Shown here: piece by piece, positions 60,202 to 64,000 of the stretch
Layout: the number at the start of each line of letters is the position of its first letter
Numbering within the stretch: position 1 is the stretch's first letter
NCBI GenBank assembly: GCA_029858255.1
Contig: JAOUFJ010000002.1
Span: 10,637 to 74,636 of the forward strand
Direction: 5' to 3'
Origin: a candidate division WOR-3 bacterium
Lineage (GTDB): Bacteria > Hydrothermota > Tepidihabitantia > SM23-42
Length of the DNA stretch: 64,000 bases
The notes under the pieces: model-generated
Database searches by the model: none
Seen by the model: the letters and a program-made list of their open reading frames with translations, nothing else
Told to the model about the DNA's origin: nothing
Position numbers and translations under genes: made by a program

Positions 60202-60836
60202 TTGCGGCCAAACGAACAAGAGACGTCGTGCTGACAGCAATCTGGGGAGAGAATCCGGTCTTCCGGCAGATCCTCGGCATATGCAGTGCCCTCGCTGTAA
60301 CGAATCTCGTACTGAACACAATGGTTATGGGAGCGGCCGTAATTTTCACAACTGCCCTTTCGGGTTTCACCGTATCGGTAATGCGCAAATACACGCCACG
60401 TATCATCAGAATGATGGTCGAAGTCTTGATCATCGCCTTCTACGTAATTCTGTTCGATCAAGCACTCAAGGCTTACTGGCCGGACATGAGCAGGAACCTG
60501 GGTCCTTATGTCGGCCTCATCATAACTAACTGTATCATAATGGGAAGAGCCGAAGCCTTCGCCAATGCGAATCCACCTGTGCTTTCATTCATCGACGGTT
60601 TGTCCTCAGGTGTCGGCTATTCACTGATATTGATCTGTGTCGCCGTGGTTCGCGAACTCCTCGGGATGGGTTCACTCCTTGGTATACCGATGCCCTTTCT
60701 CTCATCTTCAATGTGGGACCGCTGGATAATAATGGTGATGCCACCGGGCGCATTCTTCACATTGGCAGTGATCGTCTGGATAGCGAGAACGATTCAAAAA
60801 GAAAAAGACCAGAAAAGCACAGAGGCAAAGAAATGA
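60198..60836 (+). CDS. nqrD: Na+-NQR subunit D
   Basis: NqrD/RnfE family membrane protein. The ATG overlaps the nqrC stop (ATGA). Confidence 0.75.
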   Translation: MIAAKRTRDVVLTAIWGENPVFRQILGICSALAVTNLVLNTMVMGAAVIFTTALSGFTVSVMRKYTPRIIRMMVEVLIIAFYVILFDQALKAYWPDMSRNLGPYVGLIITNCIIMGRAEAFANANPPVLSFIDGLSSGVGYSLILICVAVVRELLGMGSLLGIPMPFLSSSMWDRWIIMVMPPGAFFTLAVIVWIARTIQKEKDQKSTEAKK

Positions 60837-61438
60837 CCGGCTCCAGCAATAGCATGATACATCTGGCGATCGTCCTCTTCACGGCAGTCTTCACCGATAA
60901 TATTCTCCTCGCCAGGTTCCTCGGTATGTGCTCGTTCCTTTCCGTTTCACGGCAGGTCAAAACGGCCGTGGGTTTAGGACTTGCAGTGGTCTTTGTCATG
61001 ACGTTCACGATAGCTCTTGATTGGCTTGCGTATCGATACATACTCGAGCCGTATGCTATCGAGTATTTTCGTTTCATCCTCTTCATAGTAATAATCGCAG
61101 CATTCGTTCAATTCATTGAGATGGCTATCGAGCGCTACTCGCCAGTGCTGTACCAGAACCTCGGTATATTTCTACCGCTGATCACTGTCAATTGTGCGAT
61201 CCTCGGAGCCTCTCTCTTCATGGTCATCCGGGAATACAGCCTGGCCGAGGCGATCGCGTTTGGCTTCGGAAGTGGCGGAGGATGGATGCTGGCAATTGTC
61301 GCCATGGCAGGGATACGGGAGAAGCTTAACAATGCACGTATACCAAAAGGCCTGCAGGGACCGGGGATTACCCTGGTCATCGCCGGTATCATGGCTCTGG
61401 CTTTCATCGGCTTCACCGGTGTACTCTCCGGAAGATGA
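60833..61438 (+). CDS. nqrE: Na+-NQR subunit E
   Basis: NqrE/RnfA family. The ATG overlaps the nqrD stop (ATGA). Confidence 0.75.
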   Translation: MTGSSNSMIHLAIVLFTAVFTDNILLARFLGMCSFLSVSRQVKTAVGLGLAVVFVMTFTIALDWLAYRYILEPYAIEYFRFILFIVIIAAFVQFIEMAIERYSPVLYQNLGIFLPLITVNCAILGASLFMVIREYSLAEAIAFGFGSGGGWMLAIVAMAGIREKLNNARIPKGLQGPGITLVIAGIMALAFIGFTGVLSGR

Positions 61439-61465
61439 TAGTTGAATCACGGAGGATATAGTCAC

Positions 61466-62578
61466 TTGGGTGTTTTTGTTATCCCCATAGCAATAGTCAG
61501 TGCGGTAGGTGGGCTGCTAGCCGGCGTCCTGGTCTTTGCGGAACGGGTGATAACCAACTATGGCGATGTGCAAGTAGACATAAACAAAGGTGAGAAGCGG
61601 TTCACGATCAGGGGTGGAGGTACTTTGCTGGAGAACCTTAGCCTGCAGAAGATATTCATACCTTCGGCGTGCGGAGGAAGGGGTACCTGTGGTTATTGCA
61701 AGGTGAAGGTCATTGAGGGAGCGGGACCTCTGCTGCCGACCGAAGAACCATACATGGATGATAAAGAACGCAAAGAAGGCATCAGGTTATCATGTCAGGT
61801 CAAGATGAGAAGCGATCTGAAAATCGAAATACCACAGGAACTCCTGACCATCAAGGAGTATCTGTGCACTTGTGATGAAATCATCGATTATACCTATGAC
61901 ATCAAGCAATTCAGACTGACTTTTCCCGACGGGGAACAAATGAAATATATCCCCGGCCAATACGTTCAACTCCTCTCCCCCGAGTATGAAAAAAGTTCCG
62001 AAGAAGTCTACCGTGCGTATTCCATCTCATCTGACCCTTCAGATAAGAAGTCTATCGAATTGATCGTGCGTCATGTCCCGGATGGGATATGTACTACATA
62101 TCTATTCGACTATCTCAAAAAGGGCGAGCCGGTTAGAATAAACGGACCGTACGGCCACTTCTATTTGCGTGATACTAATGCACCGATAATTTTCATAGCC
62201 GGTGGCTCGGGAATTGCACCGATCAAGTGTATCCTGCATCACATGCAAAATACTGAGAACACCCGAAAGTCAGTCTTCTTTTTCGGAGTACGAAGCACGA
62301 AAGACCTTTTTCTGGCGGATGAAATGAAGGCATTCGAATCCAGGATAGGGGCTTTCAAATTCATTCCTGTCGTGTCACAACCAGAACCCGATGCAAAATG
62401 GCAGGGCGAGACGGGTAGGGTAACGACCGTGGCATCGGAGTATCTAAAGAAACAACAAGATGCAAATCAATATGAGGGCTACTTGTGCGGCAGTCCCGGT
62501 ATGATCGAATCGTCTGTCAAGATGTTGACCGACTGCGGCATTCCTGAGGAAAAGATCTATTTTGACAAGTTCTCGTAA
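61466..62578 (+). CDS. nqrF: Na+-NQR subunit F (2Fe-2S ferredoxin plus FAD/NADH-binding FNR module)
   Basis: N-terminal TM helix, a CGGRGTCGYC 2Fe-2S motif, and RAYSISS / GGSGIAP FNR-type FAD/NAD motifs. TTG 61466 is preferred because of its GGAGG RBS; the track's 61442 TTG lacks one. Confidence 0.75.
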   Translation: MGVFVIPIAIVSAVGGLLAGVLVFAERVITNYGDVQVDINKGEKRFTIRGGGTLLENLSLQKIFIPSACGGRGTCGYCKVKVIEGAGPLLPTEEPYMDDKERKEGIRLSCQVKMRSDLKIEIPQELLTIKEYLCTCDEIIDYTYDIKQFRLTFPDGEQMKYIPGQYVQLLSPEYEKSSEEVYRAYSISSDPSDKKSIELIVRHVPDGICTTYLFDYLKKGEPVRINGPYGHFYLRDTNAPIIFIAGGSGIAPIKCILHHMQNTENTRKSVFFFGVRSTKDLFLADEMKAFESRIGAFKFIPVVSQPEPDAKWQGETGRVTTVASEYLKKQQDANQYEGYLCGSPGMIESSVKMLTDCGIPEEKIYFDKFS

Positions 62579-62590
62579 TAGGAGGCGGCT

Positions 62591-63052
62591 ATGAAGAAAT
62601 CACCCCAAGAGAAAAAACTCGAAAATATGTTGAAGTCCTCCAAATTCTCTTCCAGCGGTTTCATGGGAACGGACAGGAGAAACCTCTGGGAGATCATCGA
62701 TGAAGATGCGGCTCAAGTGGCAAGGACGGGTAAAACGATGGAGGAAATATCCACCCGCATGCAGCAAATCACCAACACAGGTGCGGAGGGCCTTGGTGTG
62801 TGGGTGGTGATCGGCCAGAACCTGCGGGTGATGGTAGATGACAACCGGGGCGTGGTGCCATGTCCGTGGCCCCATCACGTGCGATGCCTGAAGAGGATAA
62901 CGACGGTTAATAATTCTGAAACCGGAACCAGCCTGCGCTGGTCTGAGCTGAACATCCATCTCATAAAAGAGCATGGATTCTTCGAAGGCAAGGGTTCGCC
63001 TTTCAGGATCGAACCGACAGCGCTGATAAAGATGATCTTCACAACCCCGTAA
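62591..63052 (+). CDS. hypothetical protein downstream of nqrF
   Basis: 153 aa with no signal peptide. A Cys/His cluster VVPCPWPHHVRCLKR is present. No family recognised. Confidence 0.3.
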   Translation: MKKSPQEKKLENMLKSSKFSSSGFMGTDRRNLWEIIDEDAAQVARTGKTMEEISTRMQQITNTGAEGLGVWVVIGQNLRVMVDDNRGVVPCPWPHHVRCLKRITTVNNSETGTSLRWSELNIHLIKEHGFFEGKGSPFRIEPTALIKMIFTTP

Positions 63053-63100
63053 CAACAAAACTCCAGATACAGAAGGTTACGCATTCACAAAAACTAACGC

Positions 63101-63165
63101 TTGACAAGTCGTTCTCAATGATTATAATGAATAATGAAAATGAATTGCAATTTCATTTATGAGGA
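63101..63165 (+). promoter_or_regulatory. sigma-70 promoter (TTGACA, 16 nt, TATAAT) overlapped by Fur-box-like AATGAW repeats, a putative autoregulated fur-feoAB promoter
   Basis: TTGACA at 63101-63106 and TATAAT at 63123-63128. From 63117 the sequence ATGATTATAATGAATAATGAAAATGAATTGCAATTTCATT contains four or more AATGA(A/T) hexamers resembling the (NATWAT)n Fur box. Confidence 0.45.
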
Positions 63166-63171
63166 GGGTGT

Positions 63172-63624
63172 ATGAACAAACGGGCAGAAACCTTACAGAC
63201 TTTTATAAGGCACAGGACAAAGTACGGGCTGAAAAGTTCCGATAAGCGTACCTTTGTTGTCGATTATTTCGTCAACGCAGGCCGGCATTTTACGGTCGAA
63301 GAGCTATACAACGAGATCAAGAAACAGAAGAGCGGAATAAGCTATTCAACAGTTTACCGGGCGATTAAGTTGCTCACGCGATGGGGGCTCGCCGGTGAAT
63401 CGATGTTCGGTAATTCCGTATCGAGGTATGAACCCATCGACAAATCAGAACATCACGACCACTTGATCTGCCAGGAGTGCGGGAAGATCATCGAATTCGA
63501 GAATAGCAAGATTGAGAAACTGCAGCACGATGTGGCACAGAAATACGGATTCGACGTATCCGCTCACCGGTTAGAATTGTATGGCATCTGCCGGGAATGT
63601 AAGAAGAAACGAAGGAGACGATAG
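63172..63624 (+). CDS. fur: Fur-family ferric uptake regulator
   Basis: 150 aa with a winged-helix N-terminus and HHDHLIC..CG...C..C metal sites. Confidence 0.8.
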   Translation: MNKRAETLQTFIRHRTKYGLKSSDKRTFVVDYFVNAGRHFTVEELYNEIKKQKSGISYSTVYRAIKLLTRWGLAGESMFGNSVSRYEPIDKSEHHDHLICQECGKIIEFENSKIEKLQHDVAQKYGFDVSAHRLELYGICRECKKKRRRR

Positions 63625-63625
63625 G

Positions 63626-63856
63626 ATGCCACCCATTCCCCTGACCAGCATGGAATCTGGCACAAAAGGCAAGGTAATCGAGATCCAGGGCGGCCGTGGG
63701 TTATGTGCACGGTTCAACGCGATGGGTATCCGTCCCGGCGTTAAAATCACCAAGATAAGCGGACAGATCATGCGCGGGCCAGTAATTATAACCGTCGGCG
63801 CTACTCAGGTCGCCATCGGTTTTGGCATGGCAAGTCGGATCTTCGTTGAGGTTTAG
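63626..63856 (+). CDS. feoA: ferrous iron transport protein A
   Basis: 76-aa SH3-like FeoA (G.K..V..I.GG......L..MGI.PG). Confidence 0.7.
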   Translation: MPPIPLTSMESGTKGKVIEIQGGRGLCARFNAMGIRPGVKITKISGQIMRGPVIITVGATQVAIGFGMASRIFVEV

Positions 63857-64000
63857 ATGATAAAGAGAGTTCTGCTAATGGGTAATCCAAATGTCGGCAA
63901 GAGCGTGATATTCTCGAGGCTGACCGGTGTCAGAGTCATCGCTTCAAATTATCCCGGAACCACCGTGGAATTCTGCCAGGGCTGCATCGGTTCGGGCGTG
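63857..64000 (+). CDS. feoB: ferrous iron transporter FeoB, N-terminal G-domain only (continues beyond the window)
   Basis: [24 protein letters not shown]...NYPGTTVE carries the G1 and G2 motifs. It is absent from the ORF track because there is no in-window stop. Confidence 0.8.
   Translation, partial: MIKRVLLMGNPNVGKSVIFSRLTGVRVIASNYPGTTVEFCQGCIGSGV

Noticed and set aside
1-64000. Mobile elements, CRISPR arrays and rRNA genes
   Set aside because: I found no transposase or integrase signatures, no IS-like terminal inverted repeats and no direct-repeat arrays. The only RNA genes recognised are the two tRNAs.

Overview
This 64-kb window reads as ordinary chromosomal DNA from a diderm bacterium, densely packed with genes, many overlapping by 1-4 nt. 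I see no transposase, integrase, CRISPR array or rRNA. The content is envelope and housekeeping: a partial alpha-2-macroglobulin, a giant T9SS-sorted FG-GAP surface protein, clpC-bamA-skp, glgA/galT, nqrBCDEF and fur-feoAB. Three proteins carry type IX secretion C-terminal sorting domains. The supplied ORF track omits ORFs that run off the window edges and counts GTG/TTG as starts. All product calls rest on motifs I recognise by eye in the translations; I ran no database search.

Left edge (1-13270):
- minus 1-4258: a >1400-aa alpha-2-macroglobulin family gene, missing from the ORF track because it runs off the left edge.
- 4544-8455: a 1303-aa surface protein with a beta-helix, FG-GAP repeats and a T9SS sorting domain.
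- a DASS transporter and an EamA transporter.
- an outer-membrane beta-barrel paralog and a T9SS-sorted endo/exonuclease/phosphatase-fold protein.

Middle (13312-28885):
- 5'-nucleotidase.
- pyruvoyl arginine decarboxylase with tRNA-Ala(CGC) directly upstream.
- gmk, yicC and dtd.
- tRNA-Gly(UCC).
- an AzgA-type purine permease.
- a T9SS-sorted LTD/CBM protein.
- LolA-like protein, PaaI thioesterase and RimO.
- a TPR protein and a tryptophanase/tyrosine-phenol-lyase family enzyme.

Envelope and pilin region (29015-48886):
- clpC - bamA - an Skp(OmpH) protein with an extra C-terminal domain.
- an ECF sigma (apparently frameshifted) / zf-HC2 anti-sigma / LTXXQ periplasmic protein module next to a rubredoxin.
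- glgA - galT - SurA/PpiD-like PPIase operon.
- an ABC-2 exporter pair.
- two tandem type IV pilin-like genes under a textbook sigma-54 promoter, next to a PilR-like enhancer-binding protein.

Right edge (49168-64000):
- GlmU N-terminal-like nucleotidyltransferase.
- rsfS, argS and EIIA-Ntr.
- a second GalT paralog with a variant active-site motif.
- nfi and glmS.
- nqrBCDEF without nqrA.
- fur-feoA-feoB behind a sigma-70 promoter overlapped by Fur-box-like repeats.

The candidates most worth a second look are: the sigma-54/PilR-driven tandem pilin locus with no assembly genes nearby and a lone HAMP mini-protein; the Skp fusion protein; the family of divergent outer-membrane beta-barrel paralogs with an N-terminal NPA motif sitting beside T9SS cargo genes; the nqr cluster lacking nqrA; and the broken ECF sigma factor.
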